DNA of 57,958 nt from Chloroflexi bacterium HGW-Chloroflexi-9 (lineage in GTDB: Bacteria; Chloroflexota; Dehalococcoidia; UBA2979): positions 1 to 57,958 of the forward strand of contig PHBR01000001.1 in NCBI GenBank assembly GCA_002840675.1, in the 5' to 3' direction. Positions 45,683-56,346 of this stretch are shown in pieces; positions within the stretch are counted from its first letter, which is position 1, and each line of letters begins with the position of its first letter. Position numbers and translations under genes: made by a program. The notes under the pieces were generated by a model. It saw nothing but the letters and a program-made list of their open reading frames with translations. It was not told where the DNA came from and made no database searches.

Positions 45683-46837
45683 GTGAGCCTGCTGCACACC
45701 ACCGAGCGACCGCCTGCGCTGCTCGTCCTTGCTGATGGACGGGTGTTTCCGGGCGTGGGCGTGGGCGCCGATGTCCGCACGAACGGCGAGGTGGTCTTCA
45801 CCACCTCCATGACCGGCTACCAGGAGGCCCTCACCGACCCGTCCTTCCGCGGCCAGATCCTCACGATGACGTTCCCCCTGCAGGGGAACTACGGCACGAA
45901 TGCCTCCATGGAGGAGAGCGGCGAGATCCAGGTCCGCGGCTTCGTGGTGCGCGAGATGACCGACCTGCCCTCCCACTGGCATTCCACCGAGACCCTCCAC
46001 GCTTACCTCGCGGCGCGCGGCATCGCCGGCATCGCGGAGGTCGACACGCGCGCCCTCACCCGCCACCTGCGCTCACGCGGCGTGGTGATGGGTACGATCA
46101 CCCAGGACGAGACCGCCGAGGAGGCGCTGGCGAGGCTGCACGCTGCGCCGGACTACGCAACACTGGATTATGTCGCGGAGGTCTCCACGGCCACGGCCTA
46201 TGACTTCACCGACCCCCTGCACGCCCTCGGCCCGCAGCCGGACGGCGGGACGCCGCCCCACGTGGTGGTGCTGGACCTGGGCGTGAAGCGGAACATCATG
46301 CGCATCCTGCGCGCCCGGGGCTGCACCGTGACCGCGGTGCCCCACCTGACGGACGCGGAGACGATCCTCTCGCTGAAGCCGGACGGCGTGCTGCTCTCCC
46401 CCGGCCCCGGCGACCCGATGCTCCTGGACCACGTCACGACCACCGCTCGAGGCCTGATCGGCCGCACGCCCATCCTCGGGATTTGCCTCGGGCACCAGGT
46501 GATCGGACGGGTGCTGGGCGCTGACACGTATAAGTTGAAGTTCGGCCACCGTGGGGCGAACCACCCGGTGCGTGACGAGATCACCGGGAAGGTCTACATC
46601 ACTTCTCAGAACCACGGCTTCGCCGTGGACGGAGATCGGCTGAGCGACGACGCGCGGGTGACCCAGCGCCACCTGAACGACGGCACGGTCGAGGGCCTGG
46701 AGCACCGGAACGAACCGGTCTTCACCATCCAGTACCACTCGGAGGCATCACCCGGACCGAACGACACAGAATTCCTGTTCGACCGGTTCATGACCAGCGT
46801 GCGATCCTTGCGCGAGTCCGCTCGCGGTGGACGCTAG
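45683..46837 (+). CDS. carA: carbamoyl-phosphate synthase small (glutaminase) subunit
   Basis: FTTSMTGYQEALTDPSF and GICLGHQ (catalytic Cys) motifs. GTG start. Confidence 0.92.
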   Translation: MSLLHTTERPPALLVLADGRVFPGVGVGADVRTNGEVVFTTSMTGYQEALTDPSFRGQILTMTFPLQGNYGTNASMEESGEIQVRGFVVREMTDLPSHWHSTETLHAYLAARGIAGIAEVDTRALTRHLRSRGVVMGTITQDETAEEALARLHAAPDYATLDYVAEVSTATAYDFTDPLHALGPQPDGGTPPHVVVLDLGVKRNIMRILRARGCTVTAVPHLTDAETILSLKPDGVLLSPGPGDPMLLDHVTTTARGLIGRTPILGICLGHQVIGRVLGADTYKLKFGHRGANHPVRDEITGKVYITSQNHGFAVDGDRLSDDARVTQRHLNDGTVEGLEHRNEPVFTIQYHSEASPGPNDTEFLFDRFMTSVRSLRESARGGR

Positions 46838-46853
46838 GGAGACGGAGTCAGCC

Positions 46854-47327
46854 ATGCCAGGGATCGTCCGCAAGGCCACCAAGGCCGATGCGCCCCAGAT
46901 CGCGGAGATCATTGCGGAGTTGGTCCGCGAACCTCACCAGGGCGGCTTCCAGCGGGAGTGGACCGTTGCCGAGGTTGAGCAGTGGATGGACCGTCAGGGC
47001 GAAGACGGCGCCTTCTTCGTCGTGGAGGACCGCCACATCCTCGCCTTCGCCACGGTCGACTTCTCGTCCGACGAGCCGGACGCCGCCTCGTTCGGGGCAT
47101 ACGTGCGCGCGCAGAACCGGCGGCAGGGCCACGGTGCGGCGCTGGCCGATGAATGCATGGCGTTCGCCCGGCAGCGCGGCTACAAGCGCATCAAGGGGCG
47201 TCTCCCGGCGAACAACGAGCCGGCGCTCTCCTACCTCTCATCGGTGGGTGCGCTCGTGCCGCTGACCAACCCGGGGTCCAGCTTCGAGTTGCCGATCTAC
47301 CAGGACAGTGAGCGAGGGAACGCCTGA
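46854..47327 (+). CDS. GNAT family N-acetyltransferase
   Basis: 157 aa. AcCoA-binding pattern RRQGHGAALADECMAFARQRG. Confidence 0.7.
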   Translation: MPGIVRKATKADAPQIAEIIAELVREPHQGGFQREWTVAEVEQWMDRQGEDGAFFVVEDRHILAFATVDFSSDEPDAASFGAYVRAQNRRQGHGAALADECMAFARQRGYKRIKGRLPANNEPALSYLSSVGALVPLTNPGSSFELPIYQDSERGNA

Positions 47328-48088
47328 TGCCCACCGTGGACACCACCGCCGTCACCGAGGCCTACCGTGAGCAGCGCGAGCGCGAGTGGAACGCATTCGC
47401 GACCTCCCGTGAGCCGCTGCCGGACTACTGGGCCCGCTGGGACGAGCGCTCCTTCGGTTGGCGTGTGCCGGTCGAGTTCATCCAGCCGGTCGGGCTGGAG
47501 GCGCCGGATGTCCTCGCCAAGCTCGAGCCACTGATGGAGCAGCTCCGCGCGATGCCCGAGGTGGAAGTCGCCCCGATCCCGTGGCTGCACATCTCCTGGG
47601 TGCGCGTCGGCTTCCTGATGTCCACGGACATCATGTGGTCGCAGGTGGAGACGTTCTACGTGAACGCCGCCCCGCGGCTCCGCCGCGTGGAGCCGTTCAC
47701 GCTGAAGCTCGGCGGCATCTCCGTGGTCGATGGCGAACGCATCTACCTCGGCGCGGACGACGGCGGTATCTACCGCGACGCGCGCAAGCACGCCAAGCTG
47801 GGCGTCCCGAAGGTGGGCGAGGTGCTGAAGCACGACCCGCTCATCACGCCGGAGGGCGACCGCTACATGCCGCGCGTGGAGTTCGGCTTCTTCACCGGCC
47901 GCGGCAGCCGCGAGCGCGTGATCGAGGCGCTGGAGCCATACCGCGACCTGGTCGTGGGTGAGATCGCGCTGACGCACCTGAAGATGGCGCGCCTGCCGAT
48001 TCAGCCACACAGCCACTTTGAAGACCTGGACGTCGTCGCGGAGATCCCGATGCTGGGCGCGGCACACCGCGGGGGGTACCACAACTGA
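47327..48088 (+). CDS. hypothetical protein (weak 2H phosphoesterase/LigT-like features)
   Basis: The ATG overlaps the GNAT stop. One H-x-S motif ([10 protein letters not shown]). The expected second His motif appears degenerate (PRVEFGF). Confidence 0.45.
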   Translation: MPTVDTTAVTEAYREQREREWNAFATSREPLPDYWARWDERSFGWRVPVEFIQPVGLEAPDVLAKLEPLMEQLRAMPEVEVAPIPWLHISWVRVGFLMSTDIMWSQVETFYVNAAPRLRRVEPFTLKLGGISVVDGERIYLGADDGGIYRDARKHAKLGVPKVGEVLKHDPLITPEGDRYMPRVEFGFFTGRGSRERVIEALEPYRDLVVGEIALTHLKMARLPIQPHSHFEDLDVVAEIPMLGAAHRGGYHN

Positions 48089-51000
48089 GCACTGACACCG
48101 GCTCCACCGCCGCCGAGTCGGCGGCGGATTCTGCGCGCCCGCCGAAGCCCAAGTCCGTCCTGATCATCGGGAGCGGGCCGATCATCATCGGCCAGGCGGC
48201 GGAGTTCGACTACGCCGGCACGCAGGCCTGTAAGGCGATGCGCGAGGAGGGGATCCGCTCCATCCTCGTGAACTCCAACCCGGCCACGATCATGACGGAT
48301 GAGGAGGTGGCGGACGTCACCTACATCGAGCCGCTGACCGTGGAGGTACTGGAGCGCATCATCGCGCGCGAGCGGCCGGAGGCGCTGCTGCCCACGCTGG
48401 GCGGCCAGACCGGCCTCAACCTCGCCGTCGAACTGCACGAGGCCGGCATCCTGGACAGGTACAACGTCCGCCTGCTCGGCAGCAGCGTGCGCACGATCAA
48501 GCTGGCGGAGGACCGCCAGCTGTTCCGCGACCTGCTCACCGAGATCGGCGAGCCGACCCCCGCCTCCATGATCGTGGAGTCGTGGGAGCAGGCGCAGGCG
48601 GCGCTCGACCTCGTCGGCCTGCCCGCGGTCGTCCGCCCGGCGTACACCCTCGGCGGCACCGGCGGTGGCATCGCCCACAACCTGGAGGAGTACGAGCGCA
48701 TCACGAAGAGCGGTCTGGCCGCCTCGCCCATTAGCCAGGTGCTGGTGGAGCAGTCGTTGCTCGGGTGGAAAGAGCTCGAGTACGAGGTGATGCGGGACGG
48801 TAACGATACCTGCATCACCATCTGCAACATGGAGAACCTGGACCCTATGGGCGTCCACACCGGTGACTCCATCGTCGTCGCCCCGTCGCAGACGCTCTCC
48901 GACCGCGAGTACCACATGCTCCGAAACAGCGCGTTGAAGATCATCCGCGCGCTGGGCATCGAGGGCGGCTGTAACGTGCAGTTCGCGCTCGCCCCGCGGC
49001 CGGACGTGGTCGGCTGGGCCGGCTCGGACGAGGCGGAGTGCCTCCCGTACCACGTGATCGAGGTCAACCCCCGCGTCTCTCGCTCCTCGGCGCTGGCGTC
49101 GAAGGCGACCGGCTACCCGATCGCGCGCGTCGCCGCGAAGATCGCGGTCGGCAAGCGGCTGCACGAGGTGGAGAACGCCGTCACGCGCCGCACGACCGCG
49201 GCCTTCGAGCCCGCCCTGGACTACGTGGTGGTCAAGATCCCGCGCTGGCCGTTCGACAAGTTCGGCACCGGCGACCGCACGCTCGGCACGCAGATGAAGG
49301 CGACCGGCGAGGTGATGGCGATCGACCGCACCTTCGAGGGCGCGCTCCAGAAGGCGATCCGCTCGCTGGAGTTCGGCAATCGCTCGATCCTCTGGGAGAA
49401 GCCCACCTGGACCGGCGACCCGCCGATGGAGGCGACCGACGAGCGCATCTGGGCGGTGCTGTCCTCGATCCGCCGGCGCATCCCCCTCCAGGTTATCTCT
49501 GACCGGTCTGGCATCGACCCGTGGTTCGTGGAGCGGCTGGCGCGCATCGTGGAGATGGAACGCACCCTCCTCTCGGAGGACCTGACGCCCGTCCTCCTGC
49601 GGGAAGCAAAGCGGCTGGGCTTCGCCGACCGGGACATCGCCACCCTCGCCGACCGGTTGCCGGAGCAGGTGCGCGCGCTCCGCGAGGAGTGGGACATCCG
49701 CCCCGTCTACAAGATGGTGGACACCTGCGCCGCCGAGTTCGACGCGGTGACGCCGTACTTCTACTCGACTTACGAGTACGAGAACGAGGCGCCGCCCACC
49801 GCCCGCGAGTCGGTGCTGGTGCTGGGCTCGGGGCCGATCCGCATCGGCCAGGGGATCGAGTTCGACTATTGCTCCGTCCGTGCCGCGCGCGCCCTGCAGG
49901 CCGCAGGCATCGAGGCGATCATGGCGAACTCCAACCCGGAGACCGTCTCCACCGACTTCGACACCTCCGACCGTCTCTACTTCGAGCCGTTGGACGAAGA
50001 GTCGATCCGTGACCTGCTGGAGAACGAGGCCGGCGACTCCGGGGAGGCGCCCCGCACGATCGTCCAGTTCGGTGGCCAGACCGCCATCAACATGGCGAAG
50101 CCGCTGACGAACGCAGCGATGCCGATCGCGGGGTCTTCCGCAGACAGCATCGACATCGCGGAAGACCGGGGGCGCTTCGGCGAGATCCTGGCGGAGCTCG
50201 ACATCCCGCAGCCGCCGGGCGCGGCCGTCACCAACCTGGAGGACGCCCTCAGCACGGCGAATGCGATCGGCTACCCGGTGCTCGTGCGCCCCTCCTACGT
50301 CCTTGGTGGGCGCGCGATGGAGGTGGTGCAGGACGCGAACGAACTCGTGCGCTTCTTCGGCGCCGCGCTCGCGGAGAACACCGGTGCGGTGCTGATCGAC
50401 AAGTACCTCGTCGGCCCCGAGGTCGAGGTGGACGCGATCTGCGACGGCGTCACGGTGCTGATCCCCGGGATCATGGAGCACATTGAGCGGGCCGGGGTGC
50501 ACTCGGGCGACTCGATGGCGGTCTACCCGCCGCAGCACCTCACCGATGAGCAGCGCGACGCGATCGTGGACTACACGACGCGGATGGCGCTCGCTCTCGA
50601 GGTGCGCGGGCTGATGAACGTGCAGTTCGTGATCGCCCCGGCGGCCGACCCGAACGGCCCGGGCGTATTCGTGATCGAGGTCAACCCGCGCTCCTCGCGC
50701 ACCGTCCCGTTCCTCTCGAAGGTGACCGGCGTGCCGATGGTGCAACTGGCTGTGAATATCATGCTGGGCCAGTCGCTCATCGATCAGGGGTACACGAACG
50801 GCCTCTGGCCGGAGCGGGCGCTGGTCGCCGTGAAGGCGCCGGTCTTCTCGATGTCGAAACTGGTGGACGTGGACACGTTCCTGGGGCCGGAGATGAAGTC
50901 GACCGGCGAGGTCATGGGCGTGGACTTCACCTTCGGGCCGGCGGTCCGAAAGGCGCTCATCGCCTCCGGGCTGGACGTCGCCCCCGGCACGCCGTTCCTG

Positions 51001-51396
51001 CTCTCCGTCTCCAACCAGTCGAAGGCGGAGGCGGTCCCGCTGATCCGCATGCTCCACGAGGCGGGATGCCGCCTCTACGCCACGGAGGGCACGGCAGCGC
51101 TGATCCAGGGACTCGGCATCCCCGTGGAGATGGTGACAAAGCGCCTCAACGAGGGGCACCCGAACGTGGTGGACGTGATTCGCGACGGCACGGTGAAGGC
51201 CGTCATCAACACCGTGGAGGGTGGCCGTGCCGCGGCTCAGCGGGACGGGTTCCACATCCGTCGCAGCGCCACGGAGATGCGCATCCCCTGCTTCACCTCG
51301 ATCGATACGGTGCGCGCCGCCATCCAGGCGCTCGCGCACCCCGACTCCTACGAGGTGCGCCCGCTGATCGAGTACCGGGACGGGATCCGCCCGTGA
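48085..51396 (+). CDS. carB: carbamoyl-phosphate synthase large subunit (start codon uncertain, non-canonical)
   Basis: Conserved N-terminus [29 protein letters not shown] begins at 48151, upstream of the first ATG (48238). No ATG, GTG or TTG lies in frame between the stop at 48019-48021 and 48238. CTG at 48085 overlaps the upstream TGA. Confidence 0.85.
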   Translation: MSTDTGSTAAESAADSARPPKPKSVLIIGSGPIIIGQAAEFDYAGTQACKAMREEGIRSILVNSNPATIMTDEEVADVTYIEPLTVEVLERIIARERPEALLPTLGGQTGLNLAVELHEAGILDRYNVRLLGSSVRTIKLAEDRQLFRDLLTEIGEPTPASMIVESWEQAQAALDLVGLPAVVRPAYTLGGTGGGIAHNLEEYERITKSGLAASPISQVLVEQSLLGWKELEYEVMRDGNDTCITICNMENLDPMGVHTGDSIVVAPSQTLSDREYHMLRNSALKIIRALGIEGGCNVQFALAPRPDVVGWAGSDEAECLPYHVIEVNPRVSRSSALASKATGYPIARVAAKIAVGKRLHEVENAVTRRTTAAFEPALDYVVVKIPRWPFDKFGTGDRTLGTQMKATGEVMAIDRTFEGALQKAIRSLEFGNRSILWEKPTWTGDPPMEATDERIWAVLSSIRRRIPLQVISDRSGIDPWFVERLARIVEMERTLLSEDLTPVLLREAKRLGFADRDIATLADRLPEQVRALREEWDIRPVYKMVDTCAAEFDAVTPYFYSTYEYENEAPPTARESVLVLGSGPIRIGQGIEFDYCSVRAARALQAAGIEAIMANSNPETVSTDFDTSDRLYFEPLDEESIRDLLENEAGDSGEAPRTIVQFGGQTAINMAKPLTNAAMPIAGSSADSIDIAEDRGRFGEILAELDIPQPPGAAVTNLEDALSTANAIGYPVLVRPSYVLGGRAMEVVQDANELVRFFGAALAENTGAVLIDKYLVGPEVEVDAICDGVTVLIPGIMEHIERAGVHSGDSMAVYPPQHLTDEQRDAIVDYTTRMALALEVRGLMNVQFVIAPAADPNGPGVFVIEVNPRSSRTVPFLSKVTGVPMVQLAVNIMLGQSLIDQGYTNGLWPERALVAVKAPVFSMSKLVDVDTFLGPEMKSTGEVMGVDFTFGPAVRKALIASGLDVAPGTPFLLSVSNQSKAEAVPLIRMLHEAGCRLYATEGTAALIQGLGIPVEMVTKRLNEGHPNVVDVIRDGTVKAVINTVEGGRAAAQRDGFHIRRSATEMRIPCFTSIDTVRAAIQALAHPDSYEVRPLIEYRDGIRP

Positions 51397-52064
51397 GCCC
51401 GGGCGGGCGTCCGATCCGGGCCGCCCTCTTCGACCTCGACGGCACGCTCGTCGACTCGCTCGAGACGATCGCGGACGCGATGTCGCAGGCGCTACGGGTG
51501 CACGGGCACGCGGTGTCGCCCGCCGACATCATCCCGCGTATCGGCCCACCGATGAACGTGATGGCGCAGGAAGTGGCGCGTGTCGGTGAGGCGGAGGCGG
51601 AGGCGATCAACGCCGACTACCTCCGCATCTACCACGACGAGTTCATCCACCTGACCCCGGCGCGCGCCGGCGCTGAGCCGCTGCTCCGGTTCCTGCACGC
51701 GGAGGGCGTCCTGCTGGGCATCGTCACGAACAAAGTGGAGGCGGGCGCGCACCGCATGCTGGAGGTCCAGGGCTGGACGGACCTGTTCGCGTCCGTGGCT
51801 GGCCGGGACACCTCGAAGGCGAAGCCGGACCCGGAGGCAGCGCTGTACGTGTTACGCATCCTGGGCGTCCGCCCGGCCGAGGCGGTGCTGGTGGGCGACA
51901 CGGAGTTCGACGTGCGGTGCGGGAGCGCGGCGGGGCTGGCGATGACCATCGGGATCACCGGTTCGCGCACGGCGCAGGACCTGCGGGCGCGGGGCGCCTC
52001 GCATATCGTGAAGCACCTGGACGAGGTGGCACCGTTGCTGCTGGGAGCGGGGGCGCGCGCGTGA
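51393..52064 (+). CDS. HAD superfamily hydrolase (phosphoglycolate phosphatase-like)
   Basis: Motif [15 protein letters not shown] start overlaps the carB stop (GTGA). Confidence 0.8.
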   Translation: MSPGGRPIRAALFDLDGTLVDSLETIADAMSQALRVHGHAVSPADIIPRIGPPMNVMAQEVARVGEAEAEAINADYLRIYHDEFIHLTPARAGAEPLLRFLHAEGVLLGIVTNKVEAGAHRMLEVQGWTDLFASVAGRDTSKAKPDPEAALYVLRILGVRPAEAVLVGDTEFDVRCGSAAGLAMTIGITGSRTAQDLRARGASHIVKHLDEVAPLLLGAGARA

Positions 52065-52852
52065 AGTCGTTCGACGCCGAGATCACCGAGAGCGCACGGC
52101 TCTACGGCAACACCCACATCGCCTGGTTCCGGAGCCCGGAGCACTTCCAGTCGGTGACCCCCGGCCAGTTCGTCATGGCCTACGCCGGCGACGGCTGGGG
52201 CGAGACGTGGGACCCGTTGCTGGGCCGCGCCCTCTCCGTCCACCGCGTCCGCACCGGCGCCGATGGCGGCCCCGAGTTCGCGCTCCTCTACGACGTCGTC
52301 GGCCGCGGCACCGAGTGGCTCTCCCGCCGTCACGAGGGCGACCGGGTGCGCCTGGTCGGGCCGTTGGGACGGGGCTTCGAGCCGCGCGAGCGCGTCCAGC
52401 ACATGCTGCTGGTCGGCGGCGGCATCGGCTCAGCGCCGCTGGTGTGGCTCGCGGACACGCTCGTCGCGCAGGGGCGCGAGGTCACGCTGATCCTCGGTGG
52501 GCGCTCCGCCGCGCAGATCTTCCCGCGCGAGTTGCTGCCGCCGGAGGTGGAACTGGTCGTGACCACGGAGGACGGATCGCAGGGCGAGACCGGCCGCGTG
52601 ACGGCCCCCTTCGAGCGGCTGTTGCCCTGGTGCGACCAGGCGTTCACCTGCGGCCCCGACCCGATGTTCGAGGCGCTCTACCGCGTGCTGGCCGGCACCG
52701 GCCTCAACAAGCCCGTCCAGGCGCTCCTGGAGGCGCGCATGGCCTGCGGCCTGGGCATCTGCTACTCCTGCGCCGTCTTCCCTCGTAAGGGCGGCACGCG
52801 CCTCGTGTGCCACGACGGCCCGATGTTCGACCTGCGCGAACTCTACGGATGA
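52061..52852 (+). CDS. pyrK: dihydroorotate dehydrogenase electron-transfer subunit
   Basis: FAD/NAD-binding LLVGGGIGSAPL and C-terminal 2Fe-2S cysteines (CGLGICYSCAV...LVC). GTG start overlaps the HAD stop (GTGA). Confidence 0.85.
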   Translation: MKSFDAEITESARLYGNTHIAWFRSPEHFQSVTPGQFVMAYAGDGWGETWDPLLGRALSVHRVRTGADGGPEFALLYDVVGRGTEWLSRRHEGDRVRLVGPLGRGFEPRERVQHMLLVGGGIGSAPLVWLADTLVAQGREVTLILGGRSAAQIFPRELLPPEVELVVTTEDGSQGETGRVTAPFERLLPWCDQAFTCGPDPMFEALYRVLAGTGLNKPVQALLEARMACGLGICYSCAVFPRKGGTRLVCHDGPMFDLRELYG

Positions 52853-52862
52853 GGCCCTCTCG

Positions 52863-53090
52863 ATGAGGCTCGGCCGCCATCACGTCATCATCCTGGCCGG
52901 GATCGCGCTCGGGCTAGCAGTCGGGCTGTTCGTCTTCGACACCGAGCCGCCCGTCCTCGGATGGCTGTTCGGTCTCGGGATGGGGTTGTCTGGTGGCGCG
53001 TTCATCGCCGCGGTCACCTCGGGCGAGGCGATCGCGGGTGGCGGTGAACGCGGTCCTGTTCGCCTCCGGCGTCCACGAGGTGGCGGCTGA
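52863..53090 (+). CDS. possible small membrane protein
   Basis: Two hydrophobic segments. The C-terminal part overlaps the enolase-like fragment in another frame, so the end is doubtful. Confidence 0.25.
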   Translation: MRLGRHHVIILAGIALGLAVGLFVFDTEPPVLGWLFGLGMGLSGGAFIAAVTSGEAIAGGGERGPVRLRRPRGGG

Positions 53091-53142
53091 GGCCGCGCGG
53101 GCGATCGAAGCGGGCTTCCGGACGGTGAAGCTCAAGGTCGGG
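53035..53142 (+). pseudogene. orphan fragment of an enolase-superfamily (MR/MLE, OSBS-like) gene
   Basis: VAVNAVLFASGVHEVAAEAARAIEAGFRTVKLKVG matches the conserved block ending in the KxK motif. The N-terminal capping domain and the remaining barrel are missing. Confidence 0.45.
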
Positions 53143-54077
53143 GCGACGACGCCGTCGGAGACGTCTCCGCTATCGATTCGCCCGGCCAGCCAGGCTTCGA
53201 CGGCGGCCGGCTCGGCGTCGGAAAACTCGGCCAGGACGTACCACGGCGACGCTTCGCACGGCCGCGTTGTATCGGGAATGTGCTTGAGGACCAGCCCGAG
53301 CGCCGTTTCCGAAACCAGCTCGAAGGCCGTCAGTTGCGCGTCAAAATCGGTTTTTGCCGAATTCAGCAGGTCGACCGCAGCAGCCGGCGAAACGACGTTC
53401 AGCCAGCAGGTAAGCAGCCTTTTGGGCAGCGGAAAAAGCTTGAGCACGGCGCCAGTGATGATGCCCAGCGTGCCTTCGGCGCCGATAAATAGCTGTTTGA
53501 GATCGTAGCCGGTGTTGTCCTTGCGCAGACCGCGCAGGCCGTTCCAGATGTCGCCGTTAGGCAGGACCACCTCAAGGCCGAGCGTCAGTTCGCGGGTGTT
53601 GCCATAACGCAGAACCTGGACCCCCCCCGCATTGGTCGACAGGTTGCCACCGATCTGGCACGTCCCTTCCGACGCCAGGGCCAGCGGAAAGAGCCGGTCG
53701 GCGGCGCGCGCAGCCTCCTGGACAGCGGCCAGCGTACAGCCGGCCTCGACTGAAATCGTGCTGTTTTCCCGGTCGACCGTAAGAATGCGATTGAGACGGC
53801 TCAAACTGACGACCACCGCGCCGCCTGAGTCGTCCGGCGTTGCCGCGCCGCACAGGCTGGTGTTGCCGCCCTGCGGGACGATGGCCACACCGGCTTCGGC
53901 ACAGGCTTTGACGACCGCCGCCACCTCGGTGCTATTGCCGGGACGAACGACGCATTGCGCGGCGCCGCGATAACGGCCGCGCCAGTCGGTGACGAAGGGC
54001 GCCATGTCGGCCGGCTCGGTCAGCACCTGGGCCGGTCCGACCAGCGCAACGAGGCGAGCGATCAGGGAATCAGGCAT
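53142..54077 (-). pseudogene. FAD-linked oxidase (GlcD/D-2-hydroxyacid dehydrogenase-like), 3'-truncated at the breakpoint
   Basis: MPDSLIARLVALVG...VVRPGNSTEVAAVVKAC...IVPQGGNTSLCGAATP is an FAD-binding PCMH domain. Homology stops at ...DVSDGVVA (about 312 of an expected ~470 aa). Confidence 0.75.
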
Positions 54078-54084
54078 GGCGTCG

Positions 54085-54951
54085 TCAATCGAGCAGGGAG
54101 TGGAGGAGCGGCAGCATGTGTTCAGCAGCCTTGCGCCCGGCGGCAATGGCTTCGCCGGCACGATGGTAGTCGAGCAGGTTGAGTTGCCCGAGACGCGGCG
54201 TGATGAGCACGTCGGCCGGCTCACCAGCCAGGCGCGAACGCGAGATACGGCCCTGCATGATGGCGATGCTGTTGCTCACCACATCGGCCAGCGAAGGCAG
54301 GACCGGCGTCGCCTCGCCGCCGCCAAACCAGCGACCGACGGCATTGCGCCAGCCGCCACCGTCTGCCGCCGGCTTGCCGTTGCGGCGCTGCAGCGTGGTC
54401 AGCATGTCCATGCCGAGATCGACGGCGATCACCACTTCGGCCTCAAGCACCCGACACAGCGAAACCGGCACTGGATTGACCAGGCCGCCATCGACCAGGA
54501 AACGCTCGTCGAGCAATTGCGGTGAAAACAGACCGGGCAGCGCGATCGAGGCACGTACCGCGTCGGCGACCGATCCCTCGCGCAACCAGATTTCGCGCCC
54601 CGTAGCCAGGTCAGTGGCAACGCAGGCAAAGGGCCGGTCGAGATCGGCAAAGGTGTTGTCAAGGAAGGAGGTCGAGGCAAAGTCGAGCAACTTTGCGCCC
54701 TTGATCAACCCGCCCGTCAGGCTGACATCGAAGAAGCCGAGCACATCGCTCCGGCTCAGTCCGCCCACCCAGGACTCGAGCTTGTCGAGATCGCCCGAGG
54801 CGTAGGCGGCACCGACAAAGGCACCGATCGAGGTGCCGCACACGACGTCCGGCTCGATGCCGGCCTCCTGCAGGGCGCGCAACACGCCGATGTGAGCCCA
54901 GCCACGCGCCGAGCCGGAACCGAGCGCGATACCGAGACGCGGCCGGGCCAC
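54085..54951 (-). CDS. patatin-like phospholipase (RssA-like)
   Basis: GSGSARG oxyanion motif and GTSIG nucleophile elbow. DGG motif (VDGGLVNPVP). Confidence 0.85.
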   Translation of the reverse strand: MARPRLGIALGSGSARGWAHIGVLRALQEAGIEPDVVCGTSIGAFVGAAYASGDLDKLESWVGGLSRSDVLGFFDVSLTGGLIKGAKLLDFASTSFLDNTFADLDRPFACVATDLATGREIWLREGSVADAVRASIALPGLFSPQLLDERFLVDGGLVNPVPVSLCRVLEAEVVIAVDLGMDMLTTLQRRNGKPAADGGGWRNAVGRWFGGGEATPVLPSLADVVSNSIAIMQGRISRSRLAGEPADVLITPRLGQLNLLDYHRAGEAIAAGRKAAEHMLPLLHSLLD

Positions 54952-54957
54952 GGCAGT

Positions 54958-56289
54958 TTAGCCCTGCCCGACCGGCTGGGCGTACAAGTCGTGGTGGTCG
55001 GCGTCGATGACCTTGACCTGCATGAAATCGCCGGGCTGGGCGTCGAAGTGACCATCGATGTACACCACGCCATCGATTTCCGGCGCGTCGGCCTTGGAAC
55101 GGGCAATCGTGCCTTCCTCATCAACAGCGTCGACCAGCACCTGAATGACCGTGTCGATCTTGGCTTCGAGCTTGGCGGCGGAAATATCTTCCTGGACCTG
55201 CATCAGCCAGCGCCGGCGATCTTCGCGCACGTCCTCGGGCAGCAGTTCGCCCAGTTCGTTGGCCTTGGCCCCTTCGACCGGCGAATAGGCAAAAGCGCCG
55301 ACGCGATCGAGTTTTGCATCCTCGAGGAACTGGATCAGTTGATCGAAATCCTCGTCGGTCTCGCCGGGGAAGCCGGTGATGAAGGTCGAGCGGATGACGA
55401 TTTCCGGGCAGATCTCCCGCCACTTGGCAATGCGTTCCAGCGTGTTTTCGGCCGAGGCCGGGCGCTTCATCGCTTTCAAAATGGTCGGGCTGGCGTGCTG
55501 GAAAGGCACGTCGAGGTAAGGCAGGATCTTGCCTTCGGCCATCAGCGGGATAACGTCATCGACCGAGGGGTACGGGTAAACGTAATGCAGGCGGACCCAG
55601 ATGCCGAAGCTGGCCAGCGCCTCGCACAACTCCTTGAGGCGGGACTTGACCGGCTTTCCGCCCCAGAAGGCCGTGCGGTACTTGAGATCGACGCCGTAGG
55701 CGCTGGTGTCCTGCGAAATAACCAGAATCTCCTTGACGCCGGCCCGGGCCAGGTTTTCAGCTTCGGCCAGCACATCGCCGACCGGGCGGGAAACGAGCGG
55801 GCCGCGCAGCGACGGGATGATGCAGAAGGTGCAGCTGTGGTTGCAGCCTTCGGAAATCTTCAGGTAGGCAAAGTGGTCCGGCGTCAGGCGCACGCCCTGC
55901 GGCGGCACCAGGTCGGAATACGGGTCGTGCGGCTTGGGCAGGTGCGTGTGCACGTAGCCCATGACCTCATCGGCCGCATGCGGGCCGGTGACGGCGAGCA
56001 CGGCCGGGTGCGTCGATTGCACGATATCGCCCTTGGCGCCGAGGCAGCCGGTGACGATGACCTTGCCGTTCTCGTTCAAGGCTTCGCCGATGGCATCGAG
56101 CGACTCCTCGACGGCGGCGTCGATGAAGCCGCAGGTATTGACGATCACCAGGTCGGAATTGTCGTAGCTCGGCGAAATCTCGTAGCCTTCGGCGCGCAGC
56201 TTGGTCAGGATGCGCTCGGCATCGGAAGAAGCCTTCGGGCAGCCGAGGGAAACGAAGCCGACGGTCGGCACTTTTTGCTGAATAGTCAT
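54958..56289 (-). CDS. rimO: ribosomal protein S12 methylthiotransferase
   Basis: [30 protein letters not shown]-terminus, radical-SAM CNHSCTFC, C-terminal TRAM. Confidence 0.9.
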   Translation of the reverse strand: MTIQQKVPTVGFVSLGCPKASSDAERILTKLRAEGYEISPSYDNSDLVIVNTCGFIDAAVEESLDAIGEALNENGKVIVTGCLGAKGDIVQSTHPAVLAVTGPHAADEVMGYVHTHLPKPHDPYSDLVPPQGVRLTPDHFAYLKISEGCNHSCTFCIIPSLRGPLVSRPVGDVLAEAENLARAGVKEILVISQDTSAYGVDLKYRTAFWGGKPVKSRLKELCEALASFGIWVRLHYVYPYPSVDDVIPLMAEGKILPYLDVPFQHASPTILKAMKRPASAENTLERIAKWREICPEIVIRSTFITGFPGETDEDFDQLIQFLEDAKLDRVGAFAYSPVEGAKANELGELLPEDVREDRRRWLMQVQEDISAAKLEAKIDTVIQVLVDAVDEEGTIARSKADAPEIDGVVYIDGHFDAQPGDFMQVKVIDADHHDLYAQPVGQG

Positions 56290-56346
56290 GCGATGGAAAC
56301 CTTATCCGGACGGGCCGGCAAACAAAGGGCGTATTTTACGGGGGAT

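Noticed and set aside
48001-51339. 1112-aa ORF on the minus strand opposite carB
   Set aside because: It is a shadow ORF typical of very GC-rich DNA. The translation is Arg/Gly/His/Asp-rich with no recognisable motifs, whereas the plus strand encodes a full, highly conserved CarB.
52993-53508. 171-aa ORF spanning the breakpoint
   Set aside because: Only residues encoded by 53035-53142 resemble a known family. The remainder is antisense to the FAD oxidase gene, so the ORF is an artefact of the junction.
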